Shown: positions 28,723 to 37,235 of the stretch, piece after piece | Position numbering within the stretch: the first letter of the stretch is position 1 | How the letters are laid out: each line of letters starts with the position of its first letter | From: an uncultured Planctomycetota bacterium | GTDB lineage: Bacteria > Planctomycetota > Planctomycetia > Isosphaerales > Isosphaeraceae | DNA: 64,000 nucleotides | Assembly (NCBI GenBank): GCA_963823665.1 | Contig: CAWGMQ010000004.1 | Span: 2,240,001-2,304,000 of the forward strand | Direction: 5' to 3' | Notes under the pieces: generated by a model | What the model was told of the DNA's origin: nothing | The model's input: only the letters and a program-made list of their open reading frames with translations | The model's database searches: none | Position numbers and translations under genes: made by a program

Positions 28723-28747
28723 ACCCGGCGTCACAATACGCCGGGTT
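28722..28747. terminator. Probable bidirectional terminator hairpin between convergent genes
   Basis: Perfect 10-bp stem aacccggcgt-cacaat-acgccgggtt just after the GT2 stop and about 30 nt from the stop of the opposing gene. Confidence 0.65.
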
Positions 28748-28775
28748 TCCGCTCCGCCATACGCTTCGCACTCGA

Positions 28776-30200
28776 TCAGGTCGACGACGCGTTCGAACTC
28801 TGAGCCGAGGCTGACCCTGAAGAGCCAGCGCTTGCGGTCCCACCTGTTGCGGACGCATTGCTTGAGTTCGAGGCTGAAGCTGAACTTGCGCCCGACGACG
28901 CACTTGCACTACCACCACTTGTCGACGATGCAGTCGAGCCCTGAGCCGACCCTGAGTTCGACGAGCCAGCACTTGCGATTCCACCTGTTGCAGAAGAATT
29001 ATCGGAGTTCGAGGTCGAAGCTGAGCCTGATGAATCAGCGCTCGCGCTTCCGCTCGTTCCGGAAGATGCCGTTGAACCCTGCGCTGACCCGGAGTCCGAT
29101 GAAGCAGCGTTTGAGCCGCTCCCCGTTGCTGACGAATTACTCGAGCCTGAAGTCGACGCCGAGCCGGTGCCTGTGGAGCTCGTGCTACCAGTTCCGCTAG
29201 TTCCCGAAGAGGCGGCTGATCCCTGTGTGGTGGTCGTTCCCGAGCCTGTGGAGCCCGTGCTACCGGTCCCGCTGGTTCCCGATGACGCAGTCGATCCTTG
29301 CGTGGTGGTCGTTCCCGAGCCTGTGGAGCTAGTGCTACCGGTCCCGCTGGTTCCCGATGACGCAGTCGACCCTTGCGTGGTGGTCGTTCCCGAGCCCGTC
29401 GAGCCCGTGCTACCGGTACCACTGGTTCCCGAAGAGGAAGCCGATCCCTGCGTGGTGGTTGTTCCCGTGCCCGTTGAGCTAGCGTTCGATCCGTTACCCA
29501 TTGCGGATGAATTGCTCGACCCCGAGGTTGATGTTGATCCCGAGTTTGCCGAACTGGCATTTGCGGTGGCGCTGCTTCCAGACGAGGAAGTTGATCCCTG
29601 GGTCGAGGTTGACCCCGAGCTCGACGACCCAGTATTCGATCCATTACCCGCCGTCGACGTGGAATTTGAGTTGCTTCCGCTCGACTGCGATCCCGAGCCG
29701 TTCATTGCCAGGACGGCCTGCCACCAGTTCTGCATCGAGGAATTGATCGAGCTTCCCGAGCTGTTCGACGGCGTGGTTGTGCCAGCCGGTGTAACCGAAT
29801 TCGGGCTTGTGTTCGCAGCAGTGTTCGATGCGCTCTGTGTGCTCGCAGTTCCGCCACTGACGTTGGGTTGAACGTTAATCGCGGGTTGGATGTCGATCGC
29901 CGGCTGTACATTAATGATTGCCGTGACAATAGCTTTGGTGGAGTTTCGTCCGTGGCCGTGCCTGCCCGACGTCATTTGGGTCGGGGTAGCTGCTCGTGTG
30001 TGGCTAGCCGTTCTCTCATGGCTGGCCGGTTTTGCCTGATGGACCGGCTGCGTGCGCACATGAGCTGCATGGTGCACCACAGCATGGTGCACCGAGGATA
30101 GCAGGACACGGCCTTCTAGATCCTCGAACGTGGCTCCAAATTTGGCACGGCGTACGGCTGTGTTGCGACGGCCCGTTCTGACGACATCCTGGGTCGACAT
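28776..30200 (-). CDS. Secreted Ser/Thr/Gly-rich low-complexity protein with planctomycete LEPRxLL-type N-terminal motif
   Basis: GGAGG RBS before ATG; basic N-terminus RR...RRAK then FEDLEGRVLLS; His-rich stretch; about 320-aa S/T/G/A/N tail. Confidence 0.8.
   Translation of the reverse strand: MSTQDVVRTGRRNTAVRRAKFGATFEDLEGRVLLSSVHHAVVHHAAHVRTQPVHQAKPASHERTASHTRAATPTQMTSGRHGHGRNSTKAIVTAIINVQPAIDIQPAINVQPNVSGGTASTQSASNTAANTSPNSVTPAGTTTPSNSSGSSINSSMQNWWQAVLAMNGSGSQSSGSNSNSTSTAGNGSNTGSSSSGSTSTQGSTSSSGSSATANASSANSGSTSTSGSSNSSAMGNGSNASSTGTGTTTTQGSASSSGTSGTGSTGSTGSGTTTTQGSTASSGTSGTGSTSSTGSGTTTTQGSTASSGTSGTGSTGSTGSGTTTTQGSAASSGTSGTGSTSSTGTGSASTSGSSNSSATGSGSNAASSDSGSAQGSTASSGTSGSASADSSGSASTSNSDNSSATGGIASAGSSNSGSAQGSTASSTSGGSASASSGASSASASNSSNASATGGTASAGSSGSASAQSSNASST
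29163..29462 (-). repeat. 4 x 75-bp in-frame tandem repeat (TTTTQGSxxSSGTSGTGSTxSTGxG)
   Basis: Motif ccytgygtggtggt at 29221, 29296, 29371 and 29446 (exact 75-bp period). Confidence 0.95.
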
Positions 30201-30783
30201 GGCCCCTCCTGGGCAAAACGTCCTGAGTTACCCGTGATCTCGAACGCTCTTCCTGAGCCTGCCACGAGCACCGCGGAGAGGACGGACGCTTGATTCAGCG
30301 CAGTCGGCAGGGAACTACGAAATCTTGAGAGATTCTCCATTTCGTATCTGTCGATCGTGCAGAATATCCAACCTGGATAAAAAGCACAGATTGCGGTGAA
30401 CATTCTGGGTTGTGACGTCCACTTCGCACCTCTCTTCCCGTGACCGAAGGTCGAGCCACATCCATGTCGCTCGGATCCTTGCGGTTCAGGTTGCTCGTGC
30501 AGGTTGATGATGATGAAGCGTGTCGCGAGTGTGCCACAAATTCCGATTTCTCGTGTTCACGCCTGGTACCGAGTACCATAATCGTAAAAGACAACCTATC
30601 TTCGTTTATCTCTCCATTTCCCCCTCTCGGCGACCATTTCGATAGCAACGTACGATCGTTTTCATGCCATTCTGGTATGAATTTCAGGTCGGCGCTCAAT
30701 TGACCAGTTATCGCCCTTGACCATCTACGGGTGCTGCTGATACCAATTCCAGCAGGCATTCGTTTTGCTCAAGGATGTGAATC

Positions 30784-32778
30784 ATGTGCGGCATCGCTGG
30801 CGCTATCGATCTGACGGGCACTCGCGGTTTTTCGCCTCAGCGTCTACTGGCGATGACCACTGCAATCGCACACCGCGGACCGGACGACGAGCAATTTCAT
30901 ATCGAGCTGGGGGTTGCACTCGGAGCTCGCCGGCTGGCGATCATCGACCTGGCAGGCGGCCAGCAACCGGTTAGCAACGAAGATAGGTCGATCTGGGTTG
31001 CCTTCAACGGCGAGTTGTTCGAATACCCTGAGCTCCGCCGCGAGCTGTTGGCAGCGGGTCATCATCTTGCCACGCGCTGTGATACCGAGGCGTGGGTCCA
31101 TCTCTACGAAGAGCATGGCCGGGCGATGTTTGAAAAAACACGTGGGCAGTTCGCCGTCTCACTCTGGGATCGGAACACGCGCACACTTATCCTGGGTCGA
31201 GACCGCGTCGGTATTTGTCCACTCTATTACGCGCAGGCCGATGGATGGCTTCTTTGGGGGTCGGAAATCCGAGCACTCCTGGCCTCGGGACTCATCACCG
31301 CGCGAGCTGACGTTCGTGGAATTGACCACTTCCTCACTTTCTTCAGCGCGGGGACAACCCGAACTTTCTTTGAGGGTGTCAAATCGCTGCCACCAGGTCA
31401 TTTTCTCACCGTCCGCGACGGGCGGATTGCACTGAGTCAGTACTGGGACCTTGACTTCCCCGATAAGGGCTCGGAACGTCGGCAGAGCGATCCGCGGCCG
31501 CTGATCGAGGAATTTGAGACGACACTGCGCCGAGCCGTTGAGCTTCGCTTGCGCAGTGACGTACCCGTCGTGAGCTACATCAGCGGCGGACTTGATTCCA
31601 CAGTTGTCCTCGGGATGTGCAGCCAGCAGCGAGGTGCGGCAATTCCCTCGTTTACCGTCGGGCTTGATCGCGCTGGGCCCGATGAACGAACCCAGGCAGC
31701 CGAGGCTGCGGCGATGCTGCATTCGCCTCTCCTCACAACGACTATCGATCGCGCCGCAATCGCTGCGGCTTATCCTGAGCTAGTGCAAGCCACGGAATGC
31801 CCTGTCCTTGATACGTCTTGTGCAGCCCTCTTACGGCTTGCCGAGTCAGTTCATGATCGCGGTTACAAGGTGGTGTTGACCGGTGAAGGCGCAGACGAAG
31901 CACTGGCCGGATATGTCTGGTACAAGGCACAGGCCTGGGCCAATGCAATTGCTCGGCGCACTGGCCATGGTTTTCTACAACTGCTCGGCAATCTGGTCAA
32001 AACGAGTGTCGCGGGTTTTGGTGCACCAGGCTTCGGTAACGCTTCGATTGGTGGAGTCAAGCCGGTTCAGCTCACCCTGTACGAGATGATCTCACTCGTA
32101 AAACCGGTCATCTACTCTCGCGAGATGAAGGAGAAGCTCGCCGGTCATGATCCCTATTCCGACCTTGATATCAGGACTGACCGCATCAAACAGTGGCATC
32201 CGCTCAATCAGTCGCTCTACACCGGCTACAAGATCATGCTGCCCGGGATGTTGTTGCTCTCAAAGGGAGACCGTATTGCGATGAATGCGTCGGTCGAAAC
32301 GAGATACCCTTATCTCGACGAAGACGTCATTGCATTTTGCGCGAACATTGCGCCCGAGTACAAACTGCGCGGCATGACCGAGAAATGGATTTTACGGCAA
32401 GTAGCCAGGAGGGTCTTGCCGCAGCAGATTGCGAATCGGCCCAAGACGATGTTCCGAGCCAGCATGGCAAGTACGTTTCTGGGACCACACCGACCCGGGT
32501 GGGTTGATCAGTTGCTCAGCCGCGAATCACTTGCAGCCACTGGATATTTCGACCCTGAAATGATCGCCCGGCAGCGAGCCTGGCAAACACGCATACCAAA
32601 AATCACATCTGCCCGGTTTGTCTACGACGTGGCCCTGACCTGTGTCGTCACGACTCAGCTCTGGCATCACATCTTTTGTGGTGGTGGCTTGTGTGAGCTT
32701 CCGACTGCGCACACCGCCAGCCGCAGGCACACAATACGAACCAAGAGCCTGGCCCGGATCTATCAAGACGCCAGGTGA
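30784..32778 (+). CDS. asnB: Asparagine synthase (glutamine-hydrolysing)-like amidotransferase
   Basis: MCGIAG, HRGPD, RRLAIID, FNGE, SGGLDS, LTGEGADE, ETRYPYLD. Confidence 0.93.
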   Translation: MCGIAGAIDLTGTRGFSPQRLLAMTTAIAHRGPDDEQFHIELGVALGARRLAIIDLAGGQQPVSNEDRSIWVAFNGELFEYPELRRELLAAGHHLATRCDTEAWVHLYEEHGRAMFEKTRGQFAVSLWDRNTRTLILGRDRVGICPLYYAQADGWLLWGSEIRALLASGLITARADVRGIDHFLTFFSAGTTRTFFEGVKSLPPGHFLTVRDGRIALSQYWDLDFPDKGSERRQSDPRPLIEEFETTLRRAVELRLRSDVPVVSYISGGLDSTVVLGMCSQQRGAAIPSFTVGLDRAGPDERTQAAEAAAMLHSPLLTTTIDRAAIAAAYPELVQATECPVLDTSCAALLRLAESVHDRGYKVVLTGEGADEALAGYVWYKAQAWANAIARRTGHGFLQLLGNLVKTSVAGFGAPGFGNASIGGVKPVQLTLYEMISLVKPVIYSREMKEKLAGHDPYSDLDIRTDRIKQWHPLNQSLYTGYKIMLPGMLLLSKGDRIAMNASVETRYPYLDEDVIAFCANIAPEYKLRGMTEKWILRQVARRVLPQQIANRPKTMFRASMASTFLGPHRPGWVDQLLSRESLAATGYFDPEMIARQRAWQTRIPKITSARFVYDVALTCVVTTQLWHHIFCGGGLCELPTAHTASRRHTIRTKSLARIYQDAR

Positions 32779-32895
32779 CATCTTGAAGCGGCCATCACGC
32801 GGCGGCTACGATGATCGCGGTTCGGCGTTCCCCTCTCGTGCACGTGATCGGACGATTGGATCAACCGGGGATCGAGCCGGCCGGGAGAATGACTC

Positions 32896-33414
32896 ATGGC
32901 AGTTGTCAGCTACATTTCAGACCAGGAAGCTGCTGAGAAGATCAAGCCGGTTTTCGAGGGGATGGAGAAGAAGCTCGGTGTCGTGCCGAACGTCTTTCGC
33001 GTGATGGCTCACAATCCCGAGATGCTCGAGGCCTTCTTGGGGCTCAATGCAACATTGCCCAAAACCAAGTTGAACGGGAAGCTCCGGGAACTGGCCTACA
33101 TCAAGACGTCCGAGCTGAACGATTGCGACTACTGCCTGCACCATCATCGTGCGCTCGGTAAGAAAGCTGGTCTCAACGATCGACAGGTCGCTGAGACCGC
33201 ACAGGGAGAGACCAGCGATGCATACGATGAGCTGGAACGTGAAGTGATGCGGTATGCCGAGGAGGTCACCCGGCATATCAACGTGAGCGACGAGCTTCTC
33301 GGACGGCTGAAGAAGACACTCAGCGACCGTGAGCTGGTCGAGCTGGCAATGACGGTCGGTATTGCGAATTTCACGAACCGCGTGACTGAGACCCTGCGGA
33401 TGGAGCTTCCTTAA
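32896..33414 (+). CDS. Carboxymuconolactone decarboxylase/AhpD-like peroxidase-related protein
   Basis: VPNVFRVMAHNP, LRELAYIKTSELNDCDYCLHHH (CxxC-x2-H). Confidence 0.88.
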   Translation: MAVVSYISDQEAAEKIKPVFEGMEKKLGVVPNVFRVMAHNPEMLEAFLGLNATLPKTKLNGKLRELAYIKTSELNDCDYCLHHHRALGKKAGLNDRQVAETAQGETSDAYDELEREVMRYAEEVTRHINVSDELLGRLKKTLSDRELVELAMTVGIANFTNRVTETLRMELP

Positions 33415-34158
33415 GTGGTTGAACAAGCTGGTGCGGCGGCGGGGTCTTCGTGGGTTCCTTTGAAGCCGCGAGAGCGTCGCGTGATGGGCGTCTTGGTCGA
33501 GAAGGCCAAGACGACTCCCGAGTATTATCCAATGACCGTCGCTGCAATCGTGGCGGCTTGCAATCAGAAGTCAAACCGTGACCCGGTGACAAACTACGAT
33601 CAGGATGACGTCGAGGAGACTTTGCACGGTCTGCGGAAGAAGGGAGCGGTAATTCTGATCGAAGGAAGCGGGCGAGTCGCGAAATGGAAGCACACGCTCT
33701 ATGATTGGCTGAAAGTGACGAAGGTTGAGCTGGCCGTGCTGGCGGAGCTGCTTTTACGAGGACCGCAAACAGAAGGTGAGCTTCGCGCACGAGCCAGCCG
33801 CATGGAGCCGCTTGAAGACTTGCTGGCACTTCAGGCCATTCTCGATAGTCTGGCGCCGCGACAGCTTATCCACCATCTTTCGCCACCCGGCCAGAAACGA
33901 GGCGTTTTTGTAACGCACGGCCTTTATCCGCCTGATGAACTGGAGAAAGTGCGAGCCGCATTTGCCAACCGCACAGCAACCGAGGAAGAAATACCGGCGC
34001 GGCTCTCCACTGCCCGCGTTGATCTTGCTGCGGCTCAGGTCATGCCAGCCTGGATTGATGAGATTGCCGGGTTGCGATCGGAGCTTGAGAAGCTGCGTCA
34101 AATGGTCGACGCGCTGACAACCGAGGTTCGGGAACTGAAATCGGCCTTGGGAGCTTGA
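33415..34158 (+). CDS. DUF480 (YceH-like) protein
   Basis: RVMGVLVEKAKTTPEYYPMT, ACNQKSNRDPV, LLLRGPQTEGELR. Confidence 0.9.
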   Translation: MVEQAGAAAGSSWVPLKPRERRVMGVLVEKAKTTPEYYPMTVAAIVAACNQKSNRDPVTNYDQDDVEETLHGLRKKGAVILIEGSGRVAKWKHTLYDWLKVTKVELAVLAELLLRGPQTEGELRARASRMEPLEDLLALQAILDSLAPRQLIHHLSPPGQKRGVFVTHGLYPPDELEKVRAAFANRTATEEEIPARLSTARVDLAAAQVMPAWIDEIAGLRSELEKLRQMVDALTTEVRELKSALGA

Positions 34159-34162
34159 TCGA

Positions 34163-37100
34163 ATGACCACACCCGCATCAGACTCTGAGGAAATACCTCC
34201 GGGCATGGGCGGGCAGACGTCAGAAATTGATTCCATACCACTCAAGGCGATGCCTCTTTCAACCCCGGAGCTGGAAGGAGCGAGCGAGCCGGAAAGCTCC
34301 GAGTCGACGTTGGCGAAATCCGATCAAGCTCCGTCAGAGTCAACCGGATGGGTGCTGATCGCGCTCGTTCCTTTTGAAGGACGCGAGCCGCCTCATCAGG
34401 CAAGCGATGAGCTTGCACAGGCGGTTTGGTGCGCGGTCTCGAGCCTCTGGCACCCTGCCTTGCTTTCAAGTGCTCGTGAACTGCCCAGGATTGAGTCGAT
34501 CGAGTCGCCGTCACCACCGGCAGCACGAGAAATCCGCGTGGTTGCCGGTGGCCTGTGGGACCAGCTTCCTTCAGGTTATCGAACCCAGGCTGAGGATTCT
34601 CGGAGCTTGCTTCTGGAATCAGGAACCGACCGCGACCGCTTGGTTGCCGATATCCGTACACGGCTCTTGACCAGCGATGCGGCAGATCTGGTTGATAGCG
34701 AGGAGATGGCCACTGTAGCACATGACTTCCTGGCATTTGGAACAATGCGCTGGATGCTTCGCGACTTGACGATCGCGATGGGGCATTCAGACTCGATTAA
34801 TTACGAAAGTCTGACACGCGATCTTCTTGCCGGCGCTCACGCTTGGCGAGTTGGAGATTGGTCGGGTGCGGTGAACCGCCTACGGTCAGCCTTTGAAAAC
34901 TTGACGCAGGCTCGCGAGCGGTATTACCCCGTTGATGCTTATCTGATCGATTTATGCTTGATCGATTCCACAATGAAGGGGGGAGTGCTGGCGGGCCCGC
35001 TTGATCGCCCAGTTGCTGTTTCGTTCTTGATGTCAGCACAGGCAATCGAGAATCAAGCTCTCCACGATCCGCAACGCATCGCGGCACTGCGACAAGCAAT
35101 TAATGACGGCTGGGCCGATGTTGCTGGAGGCACCTATGCAGAAACGGAAGACCTTCTCTTGCCGCTAGAATCGATCCTCTGGCAATTCCGCCGCGGGGTT
35201 GATGTTTATCGGCTTCATCTTGACGATCGAAGTGTGGAAACCTACGCCCGCAGGCGGTTCGGTCTGCACACGCGTGTTCCACAGATCGCAAAACGATTCG
35301 GGTTTCGATACGCGCTCCATATGGGCTTCGATGCCGGAAAATTCCCGATACCCGCTGAGACCAAGCGATTGTGGGAAAGCCCCGATGGCAGCAGCTTGGA
35401 AAGTTTGATGCGACCACCGATTGCTGCTGATCGGCCTCTACAAGGCTGGCTCTTACCCTGGCGAATCGCAGCGACGATGCGCAACGACCATATCGGTGCA
35501 ATACCACTCGTGCACTGGCCTGAGCCGGTTGCTCCTTGGTTTCTCGACTTGCGGCGAACAGCGAGTTTTTCACCGGTCCTGGGCCGTTGGACGACTCTCA
35601 ACGATTTCTTCCACCTTACCGACCGACCCTATGAGTCCCTCCGCCCAGAACCCGATCTTTACCAGACGCCATATCTCTCTCAAGCTGTAGTGAAACGTGA
35701 GCCATCACCGATTGGGCGGCTTGCATCGCACCACAAACTGCGCGCTCGCTGTGATGCGATCACCGCAGTCCACGCTCTTGCTCGTGCAATCGCGCTCTCC
35801 TCTGCCGATAAAGTATCAGATCCCAGCACGACTACGGAAGGACCTTCGTTCGAGGAGGTTGAGGATCTGATCGAGAAGTCTCGTCATGACGAGGCTAGAG
35901 CGGCAATGGCGATGCTTGAAGAGAGATGGCCGAATGCCCTTGCCAGAAGCATTCTCGCAAACAAGGGTATGAACGCAGCAAGTGCTCCTGATGACCATCG
36001 TCCAGGATATCTTGTGTTTAATCCTTCGAGCGTGCCACGGCGCGCCGCGGTGATCTTACCTGAAGCTGCGATGGATTTACGGCCGGAGGGTCCACTACGA
36101 GTAGCTCAGTTCACCGACGAGGGTGTTTACGGAGTTGTAGATCTTCCATCGTTTGGTTTCGCATGGGTTCCGAAGACAGCAAGCGCGGAACGACTTCCCG
36201 CAGCCGTTGGAGATTTGACGGCACGCGGTCGAAAGATCCACAACGAATTCGTCGAGATCGAGATTGATGCTGCGACTGGTGGAATTCGCAGTCTGGCAGC
36301 AGTCAGCGAATCATCTGCTCGACTCGGACAGCAGCTTGTGATGACTGGGTTGCTCGACGCCCAGGGTAAACCCGCTACATCGAAAATGTGCGCTGAACGA
36401 TTCGAGCTTGAATACGGTGGGCCGGCATTGGTTCAGGCCACATCGAGTGGTAGCTTGATCGACACTCAGAACGACAAACGTTTGGCATCATTCACCGAGC
36501 GGTTTCGTCTCTGGGCGGGACGCCCGGTTCTCGAGATCGAGATTACCCTGAGCGATCTCGATGCGGCCTGGCTCGAACGAGCAGCGGACGCTGATCCGTA
36601 CTCGGTCTACCTGGCATGCAGGTGGGCATGGCCTGACCCGAGCTCGATGCTGCGACGCGGAGTCTTCTGGTCTCCGGAGATCACGGATGTCGAGCGCCCG
36701 GAAACCCCCGAATACTTCGACATTTCAACACGCTCGCAACGAACTGCGATTCTTTTCAAGGGGCTTCCCTACCATCGCAAACACGGAGGCCGGATGCTGG
36801 ATACGTTATTGATTGCGGGCCGAGAATCGACACGATCATTCTCAGTTGGGGCTGTGCTTGACCTTGAGAATCCCGCACATACTGCACAGGAATCGATCAC
36901 ACCGGCCCTGGTTGTTCCGGTTGAGAGTGGGCCGCCGCCAATGGGGCCAAGCGGTTGGCTCGCACAGGCCGATAGCAAGAACGTGGTGATTTTACGCTTG
37001 GAGTTCGTCGAGAAGACAGGAACCGATCGATCCTGGGGGCTGGCTTTTCATCTCCTGGAGACATCAGGTCACGCGACGCGATGCCGTCTGCGATTGTTCC

Positions 37101-37231
37101 GCAGCCCCTCATGGGCCCGGCAGGTTGATTTCCAGGGTGATACAATCATTGACCTCACCATCCAGGAAGATGCCGTGCTGATCGACTTCACCCCGTATGA
37201 GCTGGTCCGGATTGAGGTGACGCTCGGGTGA
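34163..37231 (+). CDS. Glycoside hydrolase family 38-like protein, apparently lacking catalytic residues
   Basis: GWADVAGGTYAE...ESILWQFRRG, RFGLHTRVPQI, WESPDGS, LVFNP, NEFVEIEIDAATGGIRSL, FTPYEL. Confidence 0.65.
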   Translation: MTTPASDSEEIPPGMGGQTSEIDSIPLKAMPLSTPELEGASEPESSESTLAKSDQAPSESTGWVLIALVPFEGREPPHQASDELAQAVWCAVSSLWHPALLSSARELPRIESIESPSPPAAREIRVVAGGLWDQLPSGYRTQAEDSRSLLLESGTDRDRLVADIRTRLLTSDAADLVDSEEMATVAHDFLAFGTMRWMLRDLTIAMGHSDSINYESLTRDLLAGAHAWRVGDWSGAVNRLRSAFENLTQARERYYPVDAYLIDLCLIDSTMKGGVLAGPLDRPVAVSFLMSAQAIENQALHDPQRIAALRQAINDGWADVAGGTYAETEDLLLPLESILWQFRRGVDVYRLHLDDRSVETYARRRFGLHTRVPQIAKRFGFRYALHMGFDAGKFPIPAETKRLWESPDGSSLESLMRPPIAADRPLQGWLLPWRIAATMRNDHIGAIPLVHWPEPVAPWFLDLRRTASFSPVLGRWTTLNDFFHLTDRPYESLRPEPDLYQTPYLSQAVVKREPSPIGRLASHHKLRARCDAITAVHALARAIALSSADKVSDPSTTTEGPSFEEVEDLIEKSRHDEARAAMAMLEERWPNALARSILANKGMNAASAPDDHRPGYLVFNPSSVPRRAAVILPEAAMDLRPEGPLRVAQFTDEGVYGVVDLPSFGFAWVPKTASAERLPAAVGDLTARGRKIHNEFVEIEIDAATGGIRSLAAVSESSARLGQQLVMTGLLDAQGKPATSKMCAERFELEYGGPALVQATSSGSLIDTQNDKRLASFTERFRLWAGRPVLEIEITLSDLDAAWLERAADADPYSVYLACRWAWPDPSSMLRRGVFWSPEITDVERPETPEYFDISTRSQRTAILFKGLPYHRKHGGRMLDTLLIAGRESTRSFSVGAVLDLENPAHTAQESITPALVVPVESGPPPMGPSGWLAQADSKNVVILRLEFVEKTGTDRSWGLAFHLLETSGHATRCRLRLFRSPSWARQVDFQGDTIIDLTIQEDAVLIDFTPYELVRIEVTLG

Positions 37232-37235
37232 TTGA

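Noticed and set aside
19117..29462. The two tandem repeat tracts considered as CRISPR arrays
   Set aside because: Periods are multiples of 3, both lie in-frame within CDSs, there are no unique spacers and no cas genes.
28562..29871. Long alternative-frame ORFs (28562..29644 -, 29167..29871 +) over the Ser-rich gene
   Set aside because: Shadow ORFs produced by low-complexity S/T/G codons; only the 28776..30200 frame has an RBS and a recognisable N-terminal motif.
30205..30295. GGCAAAA-CGTCCT...AGGACG-GACGC resembling a c-di-GMP-I riboswitch
   Set aside because: The loop is about 50 nt rather than a GNRA tetraloop, and the GCAAAG/second-stem elements are missing.
30295..30759. 154-aa minus-strand ORF in the gap before asnB
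   Set aside because: No recognisable motif or RBS; more likely the divergent promoter region.
32896..33414. Selenocysteine recoding in the AhpD-like gene (also checked in selD)
   Set aside because: Both have Cys codons (TGC/TGT) at the redox positions and no in-frame TGA.
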